A stretch of DNA of 64,000 nt from Schizochytrium sp. TIO01 (lineage: Eukaryota; Protista; Bigyra: Labyrinthulomycetes), in the NCBI GenBank assembly GCA_004764695.1, contig SMSO01000004.1, positions 558,001 through 622,000 on the forward strand, read 5' to 3'. Made by a program: the position numbers and the translations under genes. Numbering within the stretch: the stretch's first letter is position 1; each line of letters begins with the position of its first letter. Under the pieces are notes generated by a model. That model saw only the letters and a program-made list of their open reading frames with translations. It did no database searches and was not told the DNA's origin. Positions 18,574 through 30,594 of this stretch are shown here, piece by piece.

Positions 18574-21500
18574 TTCCTTGAAGGAGTTTGATGCACCGAA
18601 GCATCGTCTATTTCCCATAATTGAGACGCTGATGTGCCCTGACACATATATACCTTGTATATTACACATAACATTTTATTTATTTAAAAATTCGGCGATG
18701 ATAGTATGATGCGCTGAGTTCGATGTAGAATAAGTAATGTCTTAAGAGGCATATTTGTAGTTGATATCTTCATCAATTAGAAAGGAGGACCACCAATCAA
18801 GATGGCAAGTCACACGACATAAACGAGCACATTAATGGGAGGAGCTTCAGAGAGTTTCACTCCTCCAGTTAAATTTGCACTAATATCATTTGTCTATATT
18901 ATTTAATGATCTAACAGATACATAGAGTTACCACAATTCTGAAGTAAACCAATCAATCTCTTTATGGATAATAAAATATGGATTTAATTTATGCCTAGAA
19001 AAGATCCTAATTAGGTTCTATCATTTACGCTGTATGGCTAGGGCGTTATTGGTGGCTGCCCGTCTTGAATATCTCAATCAAACCAAAGTGATAGCAAAAC
19101 TTCATCTTGAATCTTGTATTGCTTTTGTTTAAAAGATGAAAAGTATTAAAACGAGGAGTTGAAAGCGAAATTAATAGGAACAAGCTTCTCCTTTCCGGTT
19201 GGGACATTAACAAAACAAACATATCCTTCTCGGTTGTATTGTCATATCCCCTGGTTGATTGAGCAGTATTTCCATTTGCTTTGTTTGCACTGGGGCCTAT
19301 GCCACGTTGTGGCTCGAGATCCTAATCCTTTATTTTCACCTGAGATTGGATAGCCTTCGTTTTCCAGGAGTTTGATCTTTTAAATGGGCTTAGAATTAGT
19401 ATATTTACTATTGACGACTCTTCATTGAGATTCAATGCGTTAGTATGGGCAGTGTTAAGATGCGCTTAGGATTATATTATGGGTATGCCTTTCAGTGATT
19501 AACAAATGTCAACACTTGAAGCAAGCAAGTATTCGAAATAACTCCTCATCCAATTGATTGATTGTAGCTAAATGAACCCAGCCATGATATGAATTCTGGA
19601 TATTCATTAAAGCTTCTCAAGGAGCTCCGTTACGGAATACCTTTTCATTCGCATTCGGAACTGTTCACTTCATCTTCCCGTGTTGGACAAGCTCCAACTT
19701 TTAATAACACTTCAATAGCTGCTCGCTAAAAAGATTATGATATGAACCCCTCAGGGGACTCGAAATAGATGAACCAATGCAATGAATACGAGCGTATTCG
19801 AATGATAGATATATTATATACATGAAGAGAGACACGAGGTTTCTCGAAACAATGTTGCTCATGTCATGATTCCCGGTCGATTGTAATATGTACAGTCTGA
19901 CGCGAAATGATGAAACTAACTAACTAAATAGTATTGAGGTAGTTGAGTTACTCTACTGAATAATTAATTCATTTACGTTTATTACATATAATGTATAGAC
20001 AATGTATAGATTAATCTTACTATTATTGTTTGTTAATTACGCATGTTTTATATTTTTTGAAGAGGATTCATACTATCTCATGCTTTGTGCTTGAATTATC
20101 TTAAAATAACAAAATAATACATAAATTGGTTAATTTAACACAAAATATATAATTTATCAATAATAATTGAATGATTATTTATTAAATATTAAAAATGAAT
20201 TATATTTTGTTTATTTTTCAATAAAATATATTTATTGTGTTGAAATTGAATTAAAGTACTATCATAATCAGGAAATTTTAACATATAGTAAGAAGATACT
20301 AGTTAATATAATAATAGTGTTGTGATTGTTTCTTAAGATCTCAGTTAGTCATGCAAAGGCCTAGTAAAGAAAATTCTTTTCACTAAATAAAAGTGAAGGT
20401 CTGTTTACTTTTAAAATTCCATAAGGTCTGGGTCAGGTGCGAAATTAAAAAATACCCTTTTGTAGAACGAACCTGTTGTGTGTTTGTTTGTTTTCACACT
20501 TCAATCAGTCATCTACATACAATCAAATGTTGCATTTTCAAGAGTATCGATCATTTCTTTTCTTATCCTTCTTCGTTGCATCTCCAGTATTAATTGATTC
20601 CTTTTCCAATCAAACAAATGTCAAGCAAGTTAGTTTTTTCACAAGTTTGAGGCAATTCACGTTTTGTTGGGTGAGAAGCTATTCGAGAAAGAATCATTGC
20701 CATGAGTTTGTATAGAATAAACATAGAAAAAAAAAAAAAAAAGTAGAACGTCTCTGTTCTGCACAAATGTACAGACTAGACAGCGTCTATCATTTATTGC
20801 AGTTAAAATTATCGTGGTGTTAAGTAAGTTAAATGGTGCAGTACAAAGAGAGCTATTAAATTTTGATACCATTTGGTCCTTTTCTCATTGCTGAGATCTC
20901 CAATCGAAGGAACCAGTGGACAAGACATTGCTAGAGTTCTTGGTGTCCCTTTATAAAACCCCAGTAGACATAAGGTTTACAATTGAGCAAGGATGAGTCT
21001 GGCTGCCGGAGCCAAGAACTAGAAGTGAGAATACATAGATATCACTTGTAATACATCCAAGCATGGTGTAACTTGAATCGATGGTTGGAGAAGTTGGATT
21101 AATAACCTAACCCCAACGATTCTCTCTAACTTTCAAGAATGTCTTAATCTCCTAAATTACTACATGAATCCATCTGTCCTGAAATTAATTATCCAGCTAA
21201 CTCTTAAAGTCAACCTTCTTAAGGCCTTCATCAAGCCTCTTGCCTTCGTCTTTACAGTCAGTCAACCTCAGGCTAATCAGAATCACCTCTCAGCACTCAT
21301 ACTAACTCAAGTACATGACTTGCTTAGTTTTCTGGTTTTAAATAAAAGTGAAGCTGCTATATTTAATCACTGTTACAATAAAGGGCCAGCGAACTCGATC
21401 AAGTCAAGCTTTTATAATGTAATAATGATATTATTTCTTGCTTGTATAGTACACTGCTTGGTTCTATTACGCTTTAGAACGAATGTTGAAATCGAACTTA

Positions 21501-22514
21501 ATCACTTACCAAATAAAAGATCGTTTACAATGAGATGATAGTTGCGTACATCTTCACGGGTATTGAGTAGAATGCAGGTTTGTTAATTTTTAAATATAAC
21601 TACAACAGACAACAGATAGCAATAACATACACTAGTTACTATTTAAACATGAATAAACTAGATATTGCCGAACTACATTCAATAGTGTTATGAAACTTAA
21701 ATCTGTAAGGTTTCATTAGCCGTCTTCTAAAGCATAAGCAAGCTCTTTCGTCTTGTAAATGAGTATAAAAACAAAAGATATATCTTATGTATTGTCGTCT
21801 TATATTTGTAACCGTTTTGTTCATCTTATTTCGAATCAGGCCTGCCTCCTTCCCTCGTTCTTTTCTCAATGAACTGACTTTTTGAGTCTATCTACCAATA
21901 CAGATAGAACAAATTGTGTGATATTGTTATTTGATTTTACCACCGATAAATTCTCAGTTGCAAGCTCGGTATACCGCATGAAGAAGTGTATATGCTAATT
22001 TGAATTTAAATAATATATTTTAAAAAGGGGTGGGAGACATTGTTGCTTCCCGAGGCGTACTTTGATGATAATGTTGAGAGGCGAAAGATTATATTGTAGA
22101 AAAATAAATAAAAAAATAAATAAGAAAATAAGAAACGGAACAAAACATGCTGAGTGACAGCACATTATCCTTTGAGTTCAGGTAAGAATACTGATAGAAG
22201 TAGCATCTGACTGATAAGAATTAAACAAATTTGAAAAGAAAGGAATTAAATCCTAGAGGCACTTTATGACTTCTGATTTTAATATTATTACTAATATTAC
22301 TATTACTGTTAATACTACTATTATTACTATCAGATGAAGTGACCGACCCAGACTACCGATAGGTATCTAAGATACTAGCAGTTTTTAATTGACAGCTCAC
22401 ACGATCGAAGACTGACTGAGCTGGTTGTCGGTCCCTTTGCAACATACGTGGAGCAAACGGAGCCTATATCTCCCTTCCTTAAAGTCCTTTTGAAAACAGT
22501 ACCTGAATTTGTGA

Positions 22515-23561
22515 ATGGCGTCGTGGCTCCGGCCAGGCAATCCACGAGTGCAGGCTGTGGAACAAGACGAGGAGGCAAATACCACTTGGCAAATGAACTC
22601 TGAGGAGAACGACAACAATGACGGCTTTCGTTATGCAGGTGGAGCACAACGACCACGGGAATCATGGGCAGAGCTAGAGCGACGATCGAGGGAGGATGAC
22701 GACGTGACGCTAGAAGAAGGCGGTCGACACCTCGTGAAATCTGTGAGTAATTGGTTCATCCCGCGTCCTGGCCCTCCACCAAGTGCTGCAGACTCTCCTG
22801 TCAATATGCCTCAGAGCTCAAGCTTTTCAAGGCACCTAGAACACGCAGCTGCCGAAGATAGCGAGCGGAGGCGTGAACATGAATTTCATGAGTCAGACGA
22901 GGATTCATGGAACCCGGAGTTTCCTCCTACAGCTACTCCACCAGTAGGAAAACCGGGAATTGGGCCTTTCGCACCTCGGATGCCTCGGTCTTTTGACCCA
23001 ATGAGTAAAGACCCCAGCTTTCGAAGTCGCTCAGATAGTATCAAGGTAGACATTACATTTTCCACTGCCGAAATGAACCTTAAACGCGACTTGAAGCGGC
23101 AGTACCTTGCTTTGGCAATTGGCTGCTGGATTTTTCTTACAGCAGTACAAAGTGTGAGTCTTATTCTTCTCAATTACTGGGAGTACGCACCTGTCGTGAT
23201 TGCGTTAGCGATTATGGCTGGTTCTGTGGTTTTTTACTGGAGATATGTTTGGGGTGTACTGCGTCTGCCTTTTAAACGGCTGTGGCAGACGCCCTATCCG
23301 TTCGCCGCAGCGGCTGCTGTTTTGGGGTCTTTAGCTCAACATGCGATGTTTCTCATCTATGAAGGCTATGAGCTTGGGCAGTTGCTGATTGTCTTCTTCT
23401 TAATCCAGGCATTCTACTTCATCCTGGTTGCGAGTACATTTCGCCACTATATGAGTCGCTGGCAGCGGTTCTTGAATCACCGCAAACTTTGTTTCGATTC
23501 TTTGCAATCTGGAGTGGCCAAGTCAGAAAGACGTCAAGAGCTTTTGCTTGTGCGAGATTGA
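22515..23561 (+). CDS. Hypothetical membrane protein with a disordered acidic/Pro-rich N-half and about four C-terminal TM helices
   Basis: 348-aa ATG-initiated ORF, GC-richer than its flanks. Hydrophobic segments: YLALAIGCWIFLTAVQSVSLILL, VVIALAIMAGSVVFYW, FAAAAAVLGSLAQHAMFLIY, LLIVFFLIQAFYFILVA. Confidence 0.8.
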   Translation: MASWLRPGNPRVQAVEQDEEANTTWQMNSEENDNNDGFRYAGGAQRPRESWAELERRSREDDDVTLEEGGRHLVKSVSNWFIPRPGPPPSAADSPVNMPQSSSFSRHLEHAAAEDSERRREHEFHESDEDSWNPEFPPTATPPVGKPGIGPFAPRMPRSFDPMSKDPSFRSRSDSIKVDITFSTAEMNLKRDLKRQYLALAIGCWIFLTAVQSVSLILLNYWEYAPVVIALAIMAGSVVFYWRYVWGVLRLPFKRLWQTPYPFAAAAAVLGSLAQHAMFLIYEGYELGQLLIVFFLIQAFYFILVASTFRHYMSRWQRFLNHRKLCFDSLQSGVAKSERRQELLLVRD

Positions 23562-24490
23562 TTGCCTTGGTTCTTGGTTGGGATTATCCATATTTGTATA
23601 CTTCATTAATGCTGTGAGGCAAGACCTGCCCAATTCTAAATGACTTCTTAGTTCAGCTATATTCAGTTTTGTATTTGCCTTTGCGTTGCAGATAGATCGA
23701 GAAGAAAGAACTAGGTATAATACTTAACCCAAATTTTCTAGGAAAATGTATGGTTTTACATTACGAGACACTTCAGATAATTCAAATGCTTTAGGAGCGG
23801 TTTATATTAATCTGTTAATAAATTCAAGTGGGGTCAATTTCTTCAAGATGTCATATGTTCATATTGTTTTGATGTGTTAGTTATTGGAAATGACTTCAAG
23901 TAGGCCACCCTTTGAGAGGAAGTTCCGAGTTGCTTATGCTTTTTGGATGCAAGTTCTAGGCCGTCATCTCAACATTACATATTTTATCTATGAAACCGCT
24001 TTGTAGCATAACTTACTGTTACTCGAAGCGGAATAACACAGTGTTCACAGAAACGAACAGGTAAGAGATGTTGTTTTGAGAAGGCTAAAGTGAAGAGATG
24101 AAGACAGAAAGAAACGACCGCGTATGATTAGGAAAGAGATTTAACAAGCAGGGAGACCTTTTAAACAAAAGACAAAAAATGGGCGTAGATCGGTAAGCGC
24201 TGGTGTAACAAATTAAGGTATTAAAGGGAAGTATATTTTATTTCATCACTTATCTTTGGCTGAGACAAATTATAATGAGTGCACATGAACAAATGAATTG
24301 CCAAATGGAAAATGGGGAAGAAGAAGAGAGGAGGTGAGGAGCAGCAGGCTCAGATGTTGACACTCGTCCAAAAGAAAGTATTGGTCTCGCATTTTTGTTC
24401 AGAAACGTCGATTATTGTGTTTTTGAAAGAGTTGCGGTGAACAAATGTGCATGGTAAGTTAAAGTGCGCCGTAAAGGTCCATGGTCAACG

Positions 24491-25751
24491 CTAAATCAAT
24501 TCAACCTTGCGCTGCGAATTGGCGTTAGACGTCGGGATCTCTCGAAGATCCTGATCATTCCCACGAACGTGGTGTGCATCGTCTGGGATTGTGACAGTAG
24601 TCATGGCTGCAAGCTCTGCTGCATCGTGAACTCGGAAACCATATATTTCTTCTGGACGAGTATGCACGATTTTAGTGGGCAGCAACCAGGTCAATGAGAA
24701 GCGAGGCTCTCCACCGAAGACCTCAGTTAAGTTATCACAGATAGGCCTTTTCGAAGTCCTTGCACCTTGCAGACGATCAATCTTGGAATTCGCCGTGAGC
24801 ACCATACTAGTTTGGTCACACAGCATACACATAGTGAAAAGGCCAAATAAAATTGCCTTCCACAATAACGAAAAACATCAGAATGTTAGAGAGTACCGGC
24901 ATGTTACATTCTGGGTAAAATGGTGCCTCTGTTTGCACTGCAGATTCAATCACGGCGTCTGCTATAGCCTGAAACATCTGGGGACTCGACTCTTGTTGAC
25001 GCTGCAGACGGCTTGCGCGAAGACGTTGGCGGCGTGGTGACAGTGATTTTCCTGAGCAATGAGCAAAGTGGGCAAAAATAATCGTGAGAGCGTAGATACT
25101 CGCCATAAATACATAAAGAAGAAAGAGAAGAAAAAATTTATGGTTGCCCAGAGCAACGCAGTTATTAATCCATGGGCAGTGCTGTTTGTTTCATTGAGCC
25201 AATTGATCAAACAAGAACAAGTGTAGGTAATGTTAGTGTGAAGTATAAAACCGGGAAATACGAGTTCTGGCAGTACACTGCTACAGTCCCGTTTTGGTTG
25301 TCCAAGGTTTTGTTAGATTAACCTGGGATTTAAAACTTACGTGATCCAGTTTAACTACACATCTGCGGCATATAGAGCAGTGATGAGTTCGGGGCGGCTT
25401 GTAAGCATCACACTTAAGGCAGACGCGAAAGCTTTTGCCGGTATCACCAGGCTCAAAGTCAGAAGGTACAGCGTTGCTCGGCACTGCGCCAGGATCAGTT
25501 AGCATGGCGCGAAGGTGTGAGCTCATTGCAAGAGTAACAATAAGAGTGAACATACCCATGTGAAACTGCCCCGTCGGGGTGTTTCCGAGCCAAGGGTAGA
25601 GCACATCAAAAATAATGACATACTCGGCAAAAATCAGAAGGCCTTGTGTAATTGTCGCACAAATCATACCGCAACAGTCCTTGACAAACCAGGATTGATG
25701 TTGCTCTTTGGTGCCGCATTCTTGCCAGCACAAGCACAGAGTGTTGTCCAT
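24491..25751 (-). CDS. DHHC palmitoyltransferase (ZDHHC3/7-like). Exon 1 is 25751-25341, intron 25340-25182, exon 2 25181-24491 with an apparent +1 frameshift near 24858.
   Basis: Exon 1 contains WFVKDCCG, MLTDPGAVP and CLKCDAYKPPRTHHCSICRRCVVKLDH. The intron runs GTAAGT...AAACAG. Exon 2 begins HCPWINNCVALGNHKFFLLFLLY. FFVIVE continues as AILFGLFTMCMLCDQ...IDRL...EVFG...WLLP only after removing one base. Confidence 0.88.
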
Positions 25752-27961
25752 TTTGCTATACTAAGTGTATTTTGATCAATAACAGTGATTCACGATCTAG
25801 TTAATGGTCGGTCTATCTCGAGGATGGTAGCGTCAAGAACTAGTGCCTTGTGATAGAGAAACCGAAGAGAATCTGGTACTTCCTAGTCCGCTTCTTGTTT
25901 CAGGAAACGCACTAGTCGCAGGTGGTTGGTAATTGTTGGTGCTGGTGCTATTGTGGTTGTTGTCGGCGGGGATGCTGCTTGTGTCACGCTGATGTCGTTG
26001 CTCTTGTTACTGTTGTAGCAGTTGTTGTCGTCGAAGTTGTTGTTGTTAACCTTCTACGCCACGAGAAGGTGTTTCAATGTTCTGGGCTGTTTTCCCTTGC
26101 CCTTTGCCTTGGGTCGATCCCTTGCTATCGCGCAAGGTATTTGCCGCTTGCTAGCTCAGCAGTTTCGGCGAGTTGTGTAGAGGGACTATTGACAAGGTGT
26201 GACTAATATTGCCATCTATTAGGTATGAGCATAGTAAATATGTGTATGCTTACTAACAATGATGTTGGCTCTGTTTATTATAAAGAATGCGCATTATTAT
26301 TATTGTTCTACTTGGTCAGCTCCTTTCTCTGTTCATGTAAACTAGATGGCTAATAGTACCTTCGCATTTACTTACTACGCTACTCAGGCAGGTCTAGTAA
26401 GCGCTACGATGTGGTGTTGGAAAGCTTTATAGAATCTAAGTGTGCTTGAATTCCCTTCGTTGATCTACTCAGGCTCTTGCGACATATTTGCGCTCATAGG
26501 ATATCTGTCATGCTCTGTGCGATAAATACTTAGAGGAAGAAGGACAGTACTAGCACCTAGCTAGACGCAGACAGAGTGACAGACTGACTGACTAAGTTGG
26601 TGATCTAGTAGTAGGTACGGGTAGGTTAGAAACAAAACATGTGTGCTTTACTACATTTCTTCTCTCTCTTTGTGTCTTTCTTGTCTTTAGCCCTGTCTCT
26701 CTGTATGCCAGCAAACAAGAATAAGAGGAAACTTAAATGGGATTGAGCATCAATGGTCAAGACCAGCAATAGTTATACCGCCATTGACAATATTAAAGCA
26801 TGGAGATGAATTAAGACCGACCAGGACTTGGTGAAGGTACACGATGGCATGGAATACATTGCCTACTAGTTTGTGCTTGTGCAGAAGCCCCACTCCAGAA
26901 AGTCTAACACATACAGAAAAGCACCATTCTTACCCCCCCCCAACAAAAGTTCTGTTGTTGAATGCATGTGTCATCATCACAGGGCAAAATATCCAAACGT
27001 TATCAATAATATTGGTACCTTTCACCAAAGGATATCGCTCTACTTTATTATAGCATTTCTGTAATCTCGATAATTCTTGGAGAAAGATCGCGCTACGAAA
27101 CAGCATTGAAAGGGGTGGCGGTGCAACTTACTCAAATTATCCATACCGGATATCTTAATTGAACCCCATGAAAACTCCAAATGCGTTTATGATGCTAAGA
27201 CCTTTCAAATGTTCCTCAATGCGACTTTGGGTTTATTTTTTTGTGTCGATGTAGAGATTGACCTGAAAATGAGCTTTTGTATTCTCGCATTGTAGACAAG
27301 ACTAAGTCATCAGGGTGTACACGCTGCTTTTGATATTTCTTTTGTTTTACTAGAAATTGAGATTGACCAATATCTCAAAGTTATATTGACTCCATCTAAC
27401 TAATCACAGTCTCCACATGGTTGCGTTACTGATTTAGAAATTTCCACGCAACTCGGGTGTTTGTTGCACTGCCCTCCCTATCGTGAGTGGGTGCTATACA
27501 TTCTTTAGAGCTGGAGCGAACAAAGGCGTATTTGACGAAAGAAATGAACGCAAAGTCACGGTCTTACTCCTTCTTTTCCCTCTTACTTCTGGAGTCCAAC
27601 TGTTTCGACGTCTATTTTTAAAAATTAATTAAAAATTAAAATTGAAAAATATTAAGCATCAAACAACAAACATTACATATGATGTATATATATAAATACC
27701 GGGAGACCTAGCAGTACTAGTACCTGCCCAAAATGAGAGAGTGGACTCGAAGCATCCTTTGACTAGACATCAGCCAGCGCACAATCATTACTACAAGGAC
27801 TTCTTCTAGCAACACGGAAGAGAGCACCAGACTGGTCCTCTGCATAGACAAAGCGTATCCACAGGAGGCGCTAGCGAAGTACAGAGACCTACTACCACTT
27901 TTCTCAACAATCTGAACAGCACGTCGCGTGGGAGCCAACAGCAGCAACCAACACACCCGCC

Positions 27962-29269
27962 ATGGCTGGGAAGAAAGCGAAGGCCTTGCCAGGCTCAGCC
28001 AAAGCTATTGGCAATAAGATGAAAGCGCGAGGGTTAGGCAAGCTAAAGTTCTACTGTCAAATGTGCGAGAAGCAGTGCAGAGATGAAAATGGTTATAAAT
28101 GCCACCGCATGTCAGAGGGCCATTTGCGCAAAATGCAGCTTTTTTCAAGTAACCAAAACAAATTCCTCGACGAGTTCTCGCAAAAGTTTGAGGAAGGTTA
28201 CGTAGATCTCCTGTCAAGGAGGCATCAAAGTAAATTTGTGGACTCAAATACTGTATACAATGAATATATTCAAGAGCGAGACCATGTGCATATGAACGCC
28301 ACTCGCTGGGCCACTCTTTCACAGTTCATTAAGCACTTGATTGAAAATTCGATTGTCCGCGGCGAGGAGACGGAGCGGGGCTACCGTATCCAGTGGATTA
28401 ACCGAGACCCTAAACATGCTCAACGCCAGCTCGATAACGAACGTCTGAAGCGTAAACCTGAACTAGATGACGAGGATCGACGCCGAAGAATGATCGAGGA
28501 GCAAATCAAGGCCATGGCTGATGCTCCTTCTTCTGATCTAGCCCAAGAAGCACCTTCTACGCTCGACAATCGGACTCAAGAAGAGTTGAGTCAACTCAAA
28601 GTATCTCTTGGCGACGTACGTTCGCTGAAGAAACGTCGAAAGGTAATTTTGCAGGATGACGAAGGGGAAGATGCATTCGCAGACGAAGACGAGGATGGTG
28701 AGCCATCTACTACCGTTCGACGTGGTGGACCTCCTGAAAGTATACTCTCACATGCTACATTCGTAAATGATGCTACCAGTACCCTTTGTCACAACCCAGG
28801 TGGTTCCACTGCTGCCGCGTTTGATTCAGACAAAGTTGAAGACACAGCAAAGAACGGCACCGGACATGATATTTCCACAGAGCTTATTCCGGGCACCTGG
28901 TTAATTCCAGGACTAGTTGTCAAAATCGTATCTAGCAAGGTAGGAAATGGTAAGCTCAAGAAGAGAAAAGCAGTAGTTGTCACGGCACGTAAATCAAAAT
29001 CTTCTAATAAAATTGAAGCAGAGCTGCAGCTTATGGACGATCCAGACCAAGTTGTTTTTGCTAAGGAGAGCCACTTGGAAACGGTATTGCCTGATGTCGG
29101 TGGATGTGTTCTTGTGGTTTCGCCGGACCCTGATTTCCCACACCGCGGGGAGCGTGGTACTATGGAGGGTCTCGTTGTTGAGCAGTACAAAGCTAAAGTA
29201 CACCTCCCTAGTAGGAGTGAAGCACAATTACTTGACTATGAAAATGTATGCCGTTATTTTGAACTTTGA
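27962..29269 (+). CDS. KIN: KIN17 DNA/RNA-binding protein
   Basis: KAIGNKMKARGLGKLKFYCQMCEKQCRDENGYKCHRMSEGH zinc finger, VYNEYIQERDHVHMNATRWATLSQF winged-helix region, and C-terminal KOW/SH3-like WLIPGLVVKI...HLETVLP. Confidence 0.96.
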   Translation: MAGKKAKALPGSAKAIGNKMKARGLGKLKFYCQMCEKQCRDENGYKCHRMSEGHLRKMQLFSSNQNKFLDEFSQKFEEGYVDLLSRRHQSKFVDSNTVYNEYIQERDHVHMNATRWATLSQFIKHLIENSIVRGEETERGYRIQWINRDPKHAQRQLDNERLKRKPELDDEDRRRRMIEEQIKAMADAPSSDLAQEAPSTLDNRTQEELSQLKVSLGDVRSLKKRRKVILQDDEGEDAFADEDEDGEPSTTVRRGGPPESILSHATFVNDATSTLCHNPGGSTAAAFDSDKVEDTAKNGTGHDISTELIPGTWLIPGLVVKIVSSKVGNGKLKKRKAVVVTARKSKSSNKIEAELQLMDDPDQVVFAKESHLETVLPDVGGCVLVVSPDPDFPHRGERGTMEGLVVEQYKAKVHLPSRSEAQLLDYENVCRYFEL

Positions 29270-30520
29270 GCTCTGAGATCAATGCCTCAATCCGTTCATT
29301 AAAAAATATTACGCTTTTTTTCATAACAGTAGTGTGTATACCTTATATTATTGTTTATGAGGAAGTCGGAAAATAAAACTTCTATTGATGATTACTTTTG
29401 TTGAAGACATCAAAAGGAACGTAAGACTATGACCAAAACTAGTTCTCACGAATAGTTTAGCCCGGTTCCTCAGGTTTAATTACTTTTATTAGAGGAAGAC
29501 TATGCATAGTCTCGTCCATCTTGAAGGGCATTCTTTCCCAAATACCATTTGCTACACGTAAGCTCTTTGAGAGGGTCTTGAATCTTATATCAACGTACCA
29601 CGTTCATTCGGGTGGCTCTAACAAGTAAGAACAGAAATTCTTCCCTTAGAAATAGCTTAAAGCAAAGGAATTTTCGTATTCACTGATTCCGAAGGCTTCT
29701 ATGTATGAAAAACATATTTCATTGTAAATAAAAAATAACCATACTTCTTATTCATTTTACTTGATTATGAATTAAACTCTGCTAACAAGTATAGATCTCC
29801 AACAAGTTATTAGACTGGGATGCCTTTCTTCGGTATTCTATGTGATTAAAAAGCGAACACTTTATGAGTGGATATAGCAAATTCTTCTTCTGCATTGATA
29901 ATTCGCAAGTTCCTCTTGTTAATTTTTTTTCCTCAGACTATTTCTAGCAATCCATTCATTCGCTTGGGGGGAAGCTCAAGGTCAAAGTCAAGTAGTAAAT
30001 ATACGAATGAGTTCAAGCTTCGAACAAGGACCACTGGAGAGCTCTTCCCTTCTTTACCCTAATAATCGAAAGAGTAAAGCTTGAAATGCAATCGCTTTTT
30101 AACTAGTGTATGTAGAATACGCAGCTTGCTTGTTTGCTTAGTTACTTGCAAACTTGCGACAATAGGAAGATAGCCATGTAGATAGTGCTATGTTTTGCAT
30201 GTTATGATACTACTGAGATCAGTAGATATGTAACTTGACAGAAGAAAAGAAAAAGAAAAGGATACAAGATCATTGCAAGTTACCTACTAATTATCCATAG
30301 TAAGTACTACCTACATAGTACCTACATAGGTTATTGATGATGAGTGATTCGCACGAGCAGCCAACAATTCCTCCGCTTTGGTTGACTGAGCAGACTGTCT
30401 GTTCATTCGTCCATTCGGTTCTCGCTTACCTTGCAGTTGTGGGACTTTGTGACAGGCTTGGTCCACGACAAAGTGGTCTCATCATAGCATAGTCGAGTTG
30501 GTTAGCCAGCAAGCTAGCAA

Positions 30521-30522
<2 letters not shown>

Positions 30523-30554
<32 letters not shown>
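30523..30554. repeat. (AAGC)n microsatellite upstream of the aldolase gene
   Basis: About 8 AAGC units. Confidence 0.9.
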
Positions 30555-30555
<1 letters not shown>

Positions 30556-30594
30556 CGAAAGCAAAGCACTTGGTGAGGCATTGGAAAAGAAAAT

